Shown here: piece by piece, positions 50,201-61,966 of the stretch
Numbering within the stretch: position 1 is the first letter of the stretch
How the letters are laid out: every line of letters starts with the position of its first letter
Source: Lepidodermella squamata
Taxonomy: Eukaryota; Animalia; Gastrotricha
Length of the DNA stretch: 64,000 bases
NCBI GenBank assembly: GCA_047495785.1
Contig: JBLDXI010000048.1
Location: forward strand, 558,001-622,000
Direction: 5' to 3'
Made by a program: the position numbers and the translations under genes
Notes under the pieces: model-generated
Told to the model about the DNA's origin: nothing
What the model saw: only the letters and a program-made list of their open reading frames with translations
The model's database searches: none

Positions 50201-52065
50201 CCGCACGTCCCGCACTAGTGCGGGATGCAAAGTTATATTTCATTTCATTGAAAGTTGAGAAAGTTGATATCAAATTCGAGGCAAAATTCACAAAATTCAA
50301 CTGCTTGCGTATTGTTGCGTTAATTAGCTAGAGATACCACCTTTCATTAGTCCGCTCATGTATATCCAGGTTCAGATCCGTGCAAGAACCCGACAATTAC
50401 ATGCCAAAACGGTGGCTACCCGAATCCGAGCGTGAATTGTACGAAGTGCTTCTGCCCGGTTGGCCTTGGTGGCGATTTCTGTGAAGCCCCGTATCCGACA
50501 GATACAGCGAATGGCTGCGGCGGCGAAATCTACGTTAAACCTTGTACTACCGTTGACATATCAACTCCTGCAGTTGGCACAACAAATTCAACTCGTTGTT
50601 CTTGGCGTGTCAAAACGGTTGGAAAATCATTCAATCCTGCGATTTCCTGCATGTGGTTATCCATTTCCTATTTCAGGATAATACGAGTGGATTGATATTC
50701 GCTTTTCCGACTTGGCCCCTTCTACAATATTTCCGTGGGCAAATCGATTTATTTGTCAATATTTAATATAATAACTTTAATTTCAGAAAGTGTCAATTGT
50801 ATGAACTTTGTTCTTATAAGAGACTTGGGACCGGAAAGCAGAACTCCAGGATTTGCGTAAGTTGAACAAAATAAGTCTTGTTATTGCCTCACCGGTTTGT
50901 ACAATTATTAGGTTCTGCAATATCGCCACCGCACGTGGTCGTGTTTTTGTGACAAACAAAAATCAAGCTTTAGTCTACTCGAGCATACCCTACCAGAAAT
51001 CGGGTGAGGGTGCCACAGTGACGGCCTTCGCAACTTGTCCAGGCGTGAAAGCGACCGAGCTAAGCAAGGAATGCCGAATCACGCCGGTCGCCAGTGATTA
51101 TGAAGGATACCTGTTATCTAAGACCTCAACAGGTGGCACCTGCTCGCGCTGGTCCGAAGATACTGGTTTGCGCATGAGTTATCTTCCAAGGGGCGATTTC
51201 AATGCTTCTTCAAATGCGTGCCGCAATTTCTATTTTTCTACTCTTCAATGCTGGAGTAACGGTGGACTTACGGACTGCGAGAATGCGGGCAGAATTAAAA
51301 GCTGCAGTAAGTCATCAAAATTGTAACGATTTCAACGCGATTTAACGTCAACAAATCCTACTACCGAATTTGGGAGGCTGTATCTTGAATTTTATTGTCG
51401 ATTGTCTGTTGATAGCTCAATTGGCTTTCCGTTGCATCAACTCGGTTACTGGCCAGTTCGAAGCGTGCAGGCCTTACTGCTTGGAAGGCGAAACTCCTTT
51501 CAAGGAATGGCCAGCTCGTTTCACGGACACCTGCAACAAAGGCGTTAGTTGAAATTTTCGAACTTCGTCAAATTTTTGCTTCTTCTTCCACAGAACGCTA
51601 AGAAATGCGTAAAAGGCTCGACATTCCGCTGCATTGCCGGCGAACAAGGATGTCTTTCCGGTGAGGACAAAATCGTGAGTTCCCGAAATATGAAATATCT
51701 AAACTTGTTTGCGACCTTGGGGCATCTCCTACTTTAGATGTTCAACTCGTATGCCTTCTTCGGCCGCAATCTACTGGCGTGTAATCATCGAGCTGATCTC
51801 AATTGGGTACGTCTTGCTACTGCCAATAATATTATCGCTTTTGAACCATTGTGAACAGAAATACGTCCGCTGTTACCGAAACGAAACAGGCAAGCCGTTC
51901 GCCGATTGTCGACGTGCGGATTTCGGATGCAAACCGACTGAAGTGGGTCACTTTTCCTCATCAAATTTCGAGAAGTATACTTCTAACATGTTCGTCTGTT
52001 CTTATCAGGTTTCGGATGCAACGCCGCCGTACATGGATCCTTTTCAATGCTACGATGGCGTGTAG
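47279..52065 (+). CDS. Secreted non-catalytic astacin-like protein C: pseudo-astacin + EGF + CUB + kringle-like + Cys-rich tail, ~14 exons
   Basis: Exons 47279-47543, 47598-47721, 47781-47868, 47923-48029, 48096-48304, 50370-50617, then on to TAG 52065, phase-consistent; MRKIGYALGLTYELRRPERDQY; PFDYESLFNP; GQTAYLSLFDMVKLNTLYNC. Confidence 0.82.
49024..49122. mobile_element. Short hairpin MITE (Tc1/pogo-like ends)
   Basis: gtaaattcccaagtacaagcccaggc ... gcctgggcttgtatttgggaatttac. Confidence 0.65.
49203..50235. mobile_element. ~1 kb TIR element with CATCCCGCA minisatellite arms, tRNA-like insert and 179-bp tandem duplication
   Basis: 17-bp TIR taactttgcatcccgca / tgcgggatgcaaagtta (TA termini); catcccgca arrays 49210-49425 and 50050-50230; 49565-49743 repeated at 49744-49922. 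Confidence 0.82.
49450..49520 (-). other. tRNA-derived Pol III promoter-like sequence (SINE head or tRNA pseudogene)
   Basis: A box TGGCGCAATGG and B box GGTTCGATTCC, followed by T-rich run; acceptor and anticodon stems do not pair well. Confidence 0.55.
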
Positions 52066-52942
52066 CTGCTCTGTCAACTCCTACTATCTAATTTGAGTTT
52101 CGGAACATCAGACATTATTCTCCACTTTTTAAAACTGCTATTTATGAAATTCCAATGTACAGAATATTTTCCGAATGTTTTCTTTGCGGTGACTCATTCA
52201 GCCATTTTCAGTCATTCATTTTCCCAATGATGCTTATAGCATGATGTTTATAACATATTATAGTTTAAAATAAATATTATCTCGGTGTTTACATGTAACC
52301 ATTAACCATTCTTAAAAGTGACAGATTTTTATAGAGCCTGAAGCCTGAAGCTACCCGGACATTTTTGCTTATCCTTATTCCTTATCCTGCTTATGCTTCT
52401 CAGCATCCAATTATCAGCATCATGTTTTCAGTTTGACGCTGCTCTTTGATACAGACGGCTGTCATGCGTTTGATCGAAAAGTCGCATCAAAGAAAACCCC
52501 GAATTCTGATTAATCTGTTAATCTACGAATGAAACGTTTTCACAGATAAGGATCTTCCGGAACAGGTGAGTAGTAGCCTGGCATTGAAAGCGAGAACCTC
52601 AAGTTGTTATTAAACCCCTTCACCAGTCTTATTTTCCGTCTGACGGGAAGTCCGAGTATGCAAAAGATAAGGGGGTGAAAAATCTTCATTTTTCCCCGCA
52701 TCATCGAATTGCATGTAAATTGACCCGGATTATCCGTCTTTTCGGATTTCCCGCCCGATTTTTCGGCCGGCCCGTAGATGACGCCAAATCGGGGTTTCAC
52801 TGTACATGGTAACAAAATCCAATCACTGCAAACATCGTGCGCGTTGCGCATAGTCCCTGCATGTGGATTCAACGATTAATTGTTTCAAGAGAGCAATAAA
52901 TAGATTATAATAGATTACAGGTCATCCATGTTATTTGCTTAG

Positions 52943-53322
52943 CCCTTAGCCGCCGGCGCAATGACGTGTTAACTCGAGCACCTTTCAGAAAATCCCAGAA
53001 AATCAAGAAGAGGCTAAAATCAAATTCTGAGTCGGCAGAAAGTCTTACATTTAGCCTTAGATTAAAAGCCGAACCTCTTTTCAGAAGAAATTTACCTGGG
53101 TTGCCGTTGCTATGACGTGTTAACAAGTCATTTAAAATTTTTCTCACTATTTTCGACCTGGTCAGAGTGGCTTTGAAAATTTGGATTGTCGGGGAGTGCT
53201 TGTTTCTTGCTATTGATTTATCATAATTTATGACGCAACAATCGGTTCGATAGCCCAAATCCTCCGACCACGGTGAATTTTCTCCGGAATTAACGCGTGT
53301 GCACGTCTTCGGCGGCTAAGGG
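52943..53322. mobile_element. piggyBac-like MITE
   Basis: 13-bp TIR CCCTTAGCCGCCG / CGGCGGCTAAGGG flanked on both sides by TTAG (TTAA variant). Confidence 0.75.
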
Positions 53323-54116
53323 TTAGTTTGGCTTTATTGGGATTTTCTTAATTTTTTGTACTGTGATCTGATTCGTCCCATTCCGAGACCCAGATTCGGC
53401 TGAAGGTTCTCGATAGGATTCATCATATAATTTGGCTATCTTGGTCTTCATTTCAGATAAAAATTTAAATTATGTTGACTAGAATATTCACCAGCTTTTG
53501 CTCTGGCGGCTTTCGCTACAGAGAAAGTTCGTTAGTAAATGTTCGTTACAACAAATGTTGTTTGTATGCAAAATAGTACGCTAGTTCGGCAAGAGCCAGC
53601 AATTTTCGTCCGTTACAACAAAAGTTCGTTATATACTCCGTTCCTTATAACGATGCTGCACTGTATTAATTTTGCATGAATGAGTGGCAATATCGAAGAC
53701 CCAACCGAATGATCTTGAACCTGCTGGCAAGACCAGCCGAAAATTCTTCATCGAAAAATCATGTTTCGGAATTTTCGAATATCAAACCCATTTAAGAACC
53801 TTTTGATTTGCAATGCGCAAACAGAACAAAACTTTATTAGCTGAATTTATAATCCAGAATAAGTATAGATATAATTTGAACAATAAGACTTTTCGGCACC
53901 TTGAGTTTTGAATTTTACATGTCTTTGCATCGTAACAAGTAGTGAAACAAACTGGGAAAATTAATTTCAAGTTCAATGCAGGTAATTAATTGGAAAACGA
54001 AAAATGAAAAAAATTCAGAAAATCACAACATTAACGCTGTTCGGGTTTTGAGCACAATATGATTGATTCAAGTCTTGGTTCGAAAAAAATTCCGAATATA
54101 GATAGATGATACCCGT

Positions 54117-57100
54117 TCAAAACGGACAGTCGTCAAGAAACGCAAACGGATCTTCGATTTCCTTCTCAGCCGGTTTCACTGGCTGCCCAACCGTTTTCGG
54201 GTCGTTTAGGTAGATTCGCTTCGGCCCGCCACCAACGTTGTCGGTCGCGCGTTTCGCCTCTGGTTTCGGTTTCTTTTCGGGTGTTTTACGAGGCAGAGCT
54301 GGTTTAGCAACTGCGGCGGACTTCGTTTCAGCCTTAGACAAAAGAACACACAAAAATACGCGTCAATAATTTTCGTGGAAACAAATTTAAAGTTTGGTAT
54401 ATCCGAAGATTGAGGTCAATAGAAATTATGAAATTATGAAATTCAGCGTACTTTTAATTAAAAAGTCTACATATTAGCATCACTGAAATTGAGTTTCCAG
54501 CATTAAATTTTTTCGATATCGGCTTTTTCCTATATTGATCGCGAATGATGCACCAAATAAATCTGATATTTTTTGCTACCTAGTACCGAAATTTCAAAAC
54601 AAATTAATCGTGAAAATCAAATGAGAGGTCAAGGATAAAAATATTCCATAGAATAATGTTGAAATATTAATTTTTCCAAGACTTCTAACGCAAAATGTTT
54701 TACCTTGTCTCCCTTGGGTTGTTTCGCATTTGGTTTAGCCTGCACTTTGGCCGGGATCGACGTTTTCGAAGCAATAACAGGCGATGTAAAATCAGGCACT
54801 GGCTTCTTAATTGGCGTTTTCGGCACTGAAATCGCAGCCGGGGCGCTTTTGCGGCCCTTTTTCTTCGCGCTAGGCGAGTACGTTGAATCATCGTCCTCGT
54901 CCATACTGACACTGGCGGTAGTCATCGATTCAGTTTCCATGCGTTCCAGGCGGTTTACTGACGACGCGCTCCGATTGACCGGGGTTCGAAGCGAGTTGAC
55001 GGGTGTTTCTTTCTTCGTGGCTGGGCGGCTAGCTCGAGGAGCGACTTGCTGCGTGAAAACCCCCAGCGGCTCTTTACCAGTGGATTTTCCGACAGTAATG
55101 ATAACAGGAGCTTTTTCCTTAAAAATAAAGTGAAAATACCATTTTTTCAATATTTTTGTTAAAATTTTGTATTTTGAATTTTATAAAAATTCAAAACAGT
55201 AGTTTTCAAGAAAGTAAATTGAGATTTTTAGATGTCTGAAAAATTCAGAATTTCTTTTAAAAATTAGGGCAGTGGGAGTTATCATGATTTAATTTGAACT
55301 ATAAATACCCGAAACCCGATATTTGAACAACTGAAATAGCGTTTTGTTCCTTCAGGGTTCCTTTGCTCTTAGTTCATCTAAGATGAAAAAGCAGATTTTT
55401 TCATACAAGTTTCCATTTAATTTGAAAAATTGAAGTGGAATTCAAATAATAAAATACTAAAAAAATTCGTAACTTCTAAAAATTGAAATGAACACCCTAA
55501 GCATATATCTCCATATCTGCGAATGAGAAATTTTGCAGGCGATGGCGATTTACTCGATTTTTTTACGTCAGCTCAAAATTTCGAAAAACCTTACAGAGCA
55601 AACAGATATATTTAGAGATATTTCTTCGATTGATTTTTCAATTTTTCGATTTTATCAAATTGGGTAGAAATCTAAATATTTGGATTTATATGATATTTTT
55701 TATACTTTTGAATCCTCTTATAAAAAGACCCATTTTTAAAAGCTTTTCTTACGACTAAATTGGCGCGTTGTGGCTTCTGAAACGCCGGCGTTCGCTCGGT
55801 TTCTTGCTGCGGGCCCTCCTGCAACACAGATTCCGTTGATTTGACGTAAGATCGCGATCGCAGCTGCTCCTTTTCCGCCTCCAATGTCGCCGCAAATTCA
55901 CGCTCTTTCTCCTCCAATTTTTTCTCCGCAGCCTTCGCCGCTTTTCGCTCTTTCGTCAATTTTTCCTCCAAATCGGTGATTTTCGATTTTAAATTATCGA
56001 TTTCATCACATTTCTCACTCAGATCGTCTCGAATTTTCGACAATTCAGACGAACTTTTGTCATTTTCCTTCGATTTTTTCGAGTAATTAGCCTCGACTTG
56101 ATGTAGTTTTTCCAGGGCTTTCTTCAATTTTTCATCCGATTTTCCGGCCGTTTTCTCAAAATCCGCCTTCATTTCGTCCAATTCCTGACGAAGAGCCGTG
56201 ATTTCATCGTTTTTCTTCTCCAAATCTTCCTGCAGAGCTTTACGAGCGACTTCAGCCTTTTTCGTCTCGGAGCGTTGAGCTGTTAGTTGCTGGTCAATTT
56301 TCGATTTCGCGCCTTGAAGGGCTGAAATTTCCTGTTTCGCTTCGGTGGCTTCCAATTCTGCTAGCCTGATTTTTTCCAAAATATCACCCCGTTCGACTAG
56401 CCACTTTTCTTCACATGATTTTGCATCATTTTTAGCAGAAGCCAATGCAGATGTTAATTCCACAATTTTAGCATCGAGATCCTAAAAAAAAATAAAAAAA
56501 AATAAAAAAAAAGAGGAAAAAACATTGTGTCAGAAGTGGGATTCGAACCCACGCCAGTAGAAACTGACTGCGACCTGAACGCAGCGCCTTGGACCGCTCG
56601 GCCATCCTGACTACACAAGTAAATAGGGCGGTGCGAGGGAGTAGTGCGCATAACGGCCGATGATTAATACACCCATCTAGCTTTATACTACCGATTCACT
56701 ATCGTATACCGTATGTATTACGCACGCATTACATCACTCTTCACACAATTAATGCGGAAAAGCGGCGTTTTGTGGAACAAATGATTAGAAGCTCAACGAA
56801 CAATTTTCGCTAATTTCAATATTATTCACATAATTTGTTAGCTAGACCAATTTCAAAAATTAGCACCAAGCGCAAACTGAAACTTGAAACCACATGAAAT
56901 TTTAATCCTTAACCGCCCAATTTACGAACTTTATCGGTTTTTTAAATATTAAACCGGTTTAAATTCAGGTGGCTGAACTATCTTTATACTTAAAATCTTC
57001 CAACATCACATTTTTCAAAGACCAAAAACTAAGATGGGTCGTAATCGCAAATTTTTTTACCTTGATCATTGTTTCACTCGTATCGATCTTCACTTGTTTA

Positions 57101-58678
57101 GCCTCGATTTCGGCTTGCAGAACTTCAATGCTGGATCTAAATTACAACAGATATCTCAGAATAGCAATCAACAGTCTCAAGAGTTAGTTTATCACTGACA
57201 ATAGAAACATCTAAAATTGCTGTGAACCTATTCCTAAATCTAGAGCACCATGATCTGAAAACTCACTTGAGCTCGGCGGCATTCTGTTCTTTCAATTCCA
57301 AGTTTTTCAGCACATCATCTCGCTCACTCACTAAACCAGTCAATTTTTGATCCGTTTCATCAAAACGTGCCTGTAAATCCGTCAGGGCCGATTTCTCAGA
57401 GCCAAGTTCTGTTTTCAAAACTTCGATTTCGGCTTCACGTTTCGCAATTTCAGTTTTGAGCGAATCATTATCGAGAGATTTTTCGGTCAGATTGAGATCT
57501 AGAGAGTCGATTTTCGATGCGAAATTGTACGCTAATTGGCCGATTGTCTCCATTTCAACGATATGGTCGGACAACTTCGCTTTCAAGCTATCTGATTCGT
57601 CCGATTTTTCAGCCAGTTTTATCTTGAGATCAGCAATTTGAGTCTCGAGTTCAGCAATCAGCCGGCTGGCGGATTCCAATGCTGCTTCTTTGGCAGAAAG
57701 ATTCGCCTCGCTTTTTTCCAACTCGGCTTTGGTAGCTTTCAATGATTCGTCCAAAGCTTCACATTGTTCGATTTGAGTTTTCAGTTTCAACTCAATTTCT
57801 TGCTTCAAATTTTCCAAAGCCTCGATTCTTTTCAATAGAGAACCTGTAAAAAATATGCGATGATGTCCAAATAACGAAGAATTTTGCAAAATTTAGACCA
57901 TTTTCTAGCGATAGAGCTTCGATTTGTTTGATCTTCTCTGTCAAGTCGAGGTCCAATTTTTCCCTTTGACGCCTCAGTTCTTCGATTTCTTCTAGGCGGC
58001 AATCAAGCGATCGATTGAGATCACTGGTAACAGATTCGAAATGCGCCTGGTTCTCTTCCATCTCACGCTTCAGATCGGCAACTAAATGTTAAAGAATGTA
58101 ATTTCCGAATCTCGGGATTGAACAAATTTCAACCTCGACTCTTGTATTCAGCATCCTTCTGGAGAGCAAGTTCAGTAAGCTCGGCTAATCGACTTTCGAG
58201 GTTCAAAATTCGATCTTCCTGCTCATCGTTTTTCTTCAGAGCTGATTTACAAGTCTCTTCAGCTAATATCAGAAATAAAAATCATAGAAAATCGCCGATG
58301 AAATGCGAGTAATCAACTTTTAGCGAAAGAAATCTCCAGCGTTTTCGCATTTTCCAGCAAGCGCGAATACATTTGTTGAACCGTTTGAGTTCTCGCGACA
58401 ATATCAGCTCGCGCTCGTTCTTCAACCTGCATTTTCGACGCCAACTGCTGGTTCAAAATCTGCGCCTTCTGCAACTCATCTTTCAACGTTTTCACGTGAG
58501 TCTCAGCTTGGCGCAATTCGTGATCTTTCAACTTCAAATGATACTCGTTCTGCTGGATGTAACGGTTCAATTCTTCAATATTGCCTTGAACAATCGCTTG
58601 AGTGTCAAGCCGACGTTCAGCAACTGCGGTAACCTTCTTCGTCTGCATCATCATTTGAGACGTCATTTTAGAATGCAT
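54117..58678 (-). CDS. SYCP1: Long coiled-coil protein, probable synaptonemal complex protein 1 (SYCP1-like), 8 exons
   Basis: Phase-consistent exons from ATG 58678 to stop 54117; N-terminal VQGNIEELNRYIQQNEYHLKLKDHELRQ...LQKAQILNQQLASKM aligns ungapped by eye to the SYCP1 conserved N-terminal motif; long heptad rod; basic S/T-P-rich tail. Confidence 0.6.
56528..56611 (-). tRNA. trnL-CAG: tRNA-Leu(CAG), intronic
   Basis: GTCAGGATGGCCGAGCGGTCCAAGGCGCTGCGTTCAGGTCGCAG-long variable arm-GTGGGTTCGAATCCCACTTCTGACA, followed by T runs. Confidence 0.96.
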
Positions 58679-58827
58679 TACTTGCGACCTATAAATCAAA
58701 TTTGATTATAAAACGTTGTCTTTTTTATTGTGATTGGTAGCAATGATACAAGATATTTACACATAACACACTGAAACGATAGAGAAACGAAAAAACATCA
58801 ATGCTAAACGAGCAAACAATCGATGAT

Positions 58828-59187
58828 TCAAGAACTTTGAGCCTCGACAAAGCGCTCTGAGCGCTTTTTTCGCTTCTCTTCAACTTCAGGATCTGCAGGC
58901 GCGGTTGCAGCAGGCTTATCACTGCCGTTTTCCACGGCGCCGAAGCGTTCCTTGCGCTTATCACGCTTCTCCTTCACCTCTGGAGTAGCTTCAGGTGCTG
59001 CTGCTTCTTTGCCGTTCGCTGCAGACCCAAACCGTTCAGCTCGAGTCTTTTTCTTGACATCTGTAGGCAAATCCGTACCGAAACGTTGCGACCTCTCGAC
59101 TTTCTTTTCTGTGGATGCTTTAGCTGGTTCAGGCTCGATCGCACCGAACTTTTCGGCTCTCAACTTTTTCTTATCATCAGTACTCAT
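58828..59187 (-). CDS. SARNP: Tho1/SARNP/MOS11-like mRNA export factor made only of R-x-x-R-F-G repeats
   Basis: Five motifs: KKKLRAEKFG, KKVERSQRFG, KKKTRAERFG, KRDKRKERFG, KRKKRSERF; no SAP domain. Confidence 0.7.
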   Translation of the reverse strand: MSTDDKKKLRAEKFGAIEPEPAKASTEKKVERSQRFGTDLPTDVKKKTRAERFGSAANGKEAAAPEATPEVKEKRDKRKERFGAVENGSDKPAATAPADPEVEEKRKKRSERFVEAQSS

Positions 59188-61966
59188 TTTCGCAAATACA
59201 AGAAATTAATGAAAACCTAGTTGAAGTGATACAACCGTAATAAAACAAATGAAATGAAAAAGCCCGAGACAGAGGTCACGATCGGTGCTCTATGTTCTAA
59301 TTTACTACCCATGGCCTTCCAGTGCAAAATGCCAACTCAGCAGAACTTAAGAACAACGCAAAATGCACAGATAAAGAATCAAGAACACTAAGAATCAGTT
59401 ATGGCGATTAAACACGAACAAATCTCAATATGAGAGTAGATGTCTTCAACAGCTAACAGCTCTCTCGGCGGTAAAGCAAGGCAGTTCCTTATATTTCATT
59501 CCGTACTCCGGTCGTTTCAGGTTTCGTTGGTAGTTTTTCCCTCTCAGCAGGTTAAGGTTAAACGCGGCTCCCAGGCTTGAGGTTAGGGTTATGTTGGGGG
59601 TGGGGTGCCCTCTGAGAGTGAACCATCTCCGTCTGAAAGGGAGACATCTGAGAGCGGCGATCTCTTGGAGGGCACTTCGATTGAAGGAGGCGATTCCGGA
59701 CCATCAGATTTCTGTTATCGATGAAAACTGATACGGCTTTGATTACCTACGTTTATTGTGAATAGCGGGTAAGTAAAAACCCATAAGTATGATTGACCAC
59801 GACTACGTTGGCGCAATGGACCCTGGCGACGCATCGCTACACCAAAAAATGAAAGCTGCGGGAGATTTCTTGAAAGCAGATCCCAGCTACCAAACAAACC
59901 CGATGGCTCAAACGTTAGGGGTGTTGATCGAGTTTTCAGCCTCTGTGCTCCCCAGAGTGGTGGCTCTAGAAGAGGAACGCTGCAAGCAGCAGGAAAGCAT
60001 TGTTCAATTTCAGCAACAACTGATGATTGTAGCTTACGACCGCAAAAATGATCTGGTGGCGATGGAACGGCGTTCGTGTAACAAAATATGGATTGAGAAG
60101 CCTGAAAAGTTTCGCCGTTGAGTCGACGCGCTCCACTATCACTTAAAGACTCGAAGAGGTCGACCGCTAGAACACACGCAAACTATACCACGAGGCTTAC
60201 GACGATAAACTCTTCTGAGCGCAAGGACGCTTCTTTGGTGATTTTATGAGAGCTGATCTCCCCAGCGATTTGAAGCTATTAGCTATTCTACCTGCGTCTC
60301 ACCCCAAACAGTGCTTTCCGACACTCAGTCAACAAACAGTTCAACAAACTCAAGGAGGGTCAGAGGTTATTCGCTTGATTTGCTTGTGGCATACCCTGCA
60401 CCATGTGGGAACTGAGTGAACATGTTTTGGTGCGAGGGCACTTATCATCGATTCTCATTGCTATTGGAGTGGAATCGTCGAGTTGGTGATATGGAACCCC
60501 ATGATGCGCTTATGTCTTATGTCAAACCTATAAGCCCCAGACCCCAGATGAGGATATAAGTAGCGAATGAAAGATCTACAGATTAACGGTTTAAGATGAA
60601 TGGCCGCCTCCGTGAAGTGGGAAAAACGGGAAGTAATTGCGCCAGCGATGAGTGGGTTAGGGTTTAGTTTCGGCACACTCGCCCTCTGAAGGTTGCAGGT
60701 TTTCGGACTTCCCCAGCCACCAAAACCCGGCGCCTAAATTCTCCCGCCTTCCCCGCCCTGTTGCGGCGGGCTGCAGGGTAGTTGGGATATGCGCTTGCAA
60801 CTTACAACCAGAACAGCGGAACAACCGGAGTGAAGCGGAAAGGCGCGCTTGAGTTGCAGTTTTAAAAATCATTCATTCGACCTTTGAAAATAAGCAAACA
60901 GCGAACTTAAATTATCCGATACTAAAATAAACTTTTACGCATTTCAGTATAACTAAAACAATATAATAATTTGCAAATTAATCGCAGGTTTTTTTTTATT
61001 CATCGACTAGTTTTTTTCTTTTTTTTCGGCGCGGGAAACGAGAAGGCGATTGCGATGGCTGTGTAGGATGGCAGCCTTGATGGAAGCTGGACGCTTGATT
61101 TTGGGAATGTGCTTAGGGCTCAGGTCATAGCCTGTCCGTCAGCTTGCACATTAACTGCTTTCAACAATGCGGTCAAAAGAGCTAAATTCTTATTCTTGTG
61201 AGAAAAGAGAATTAACTTAAGCTTCGTCAATAAGTTCATGCTGCACTCACCGAAATTGTCCGTGAAACCGGTCCTTTTCGTTCCTGATGCTGTACAGAAC
61301 TCCCCAGGTATGCAGCTTGCTATACTGTCAGTCTCGCTTGGACATGCGCTTGGGCAGATCGCGGTTTAACTAGTTATTTTCCGCGCCGCGCTCGAGTCGA
61401 TCAGAATGTGACGGACCTTCTATCTTTCTACCAAAAAGCTACCTTGGAGCTAGGGCACATGCGTATTAACGCTGGTATAGCGAGGAGTTTTAGACCGAAA
61501 ACAACAGACGTGCCCGCGCATTGCCCCGCTGTGCTCTGGTTAGCTAGTCTCGTGCTCGAGCCATATCCGACTGCCTTCAAGGGTTGGCATCGGGTTTCGG
61601 ACGTAACTATCGTAGCACATTTAAATTCTTTGTCCGAAATTACCCCTGTTTTATCCAAAATTGTTAGAACTATTTTCGCGATTATAGGCCAGAATATCGG
61701 TACTAATTTGCCATGATTGATACTTAGGATCATCAGTTCTTTATGGTACACAATTTTGTGCTGAAAGTTAAAAAAGCTAGTTCACCTTGAAAATCACGTT
61801 TTTGTTCAAAAGAAAACCACGTTTCAGTAATTCAGTGCAATTTATTTCAAAAAGTAGTTCGAACTTCGTTTATAAGAGCATTAGTCGCTTAGGAATACAA
61901 TTTAAAGGTATAATATAAGAAAAAGCATTGTCAGTTTCAATATATCAGAGTTTCCAGGTACTCAGT

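Noticed and set aside
49234-50331. Repetitive Ser/Arg and CGM ORFs
   Set aside because: Translations of the CATCCCGCA minisatellite inside a TIR element.
59553-60670. Telomeric TTAGGG-like repeats
   Set aside because: Only one or two isolated units, no array.
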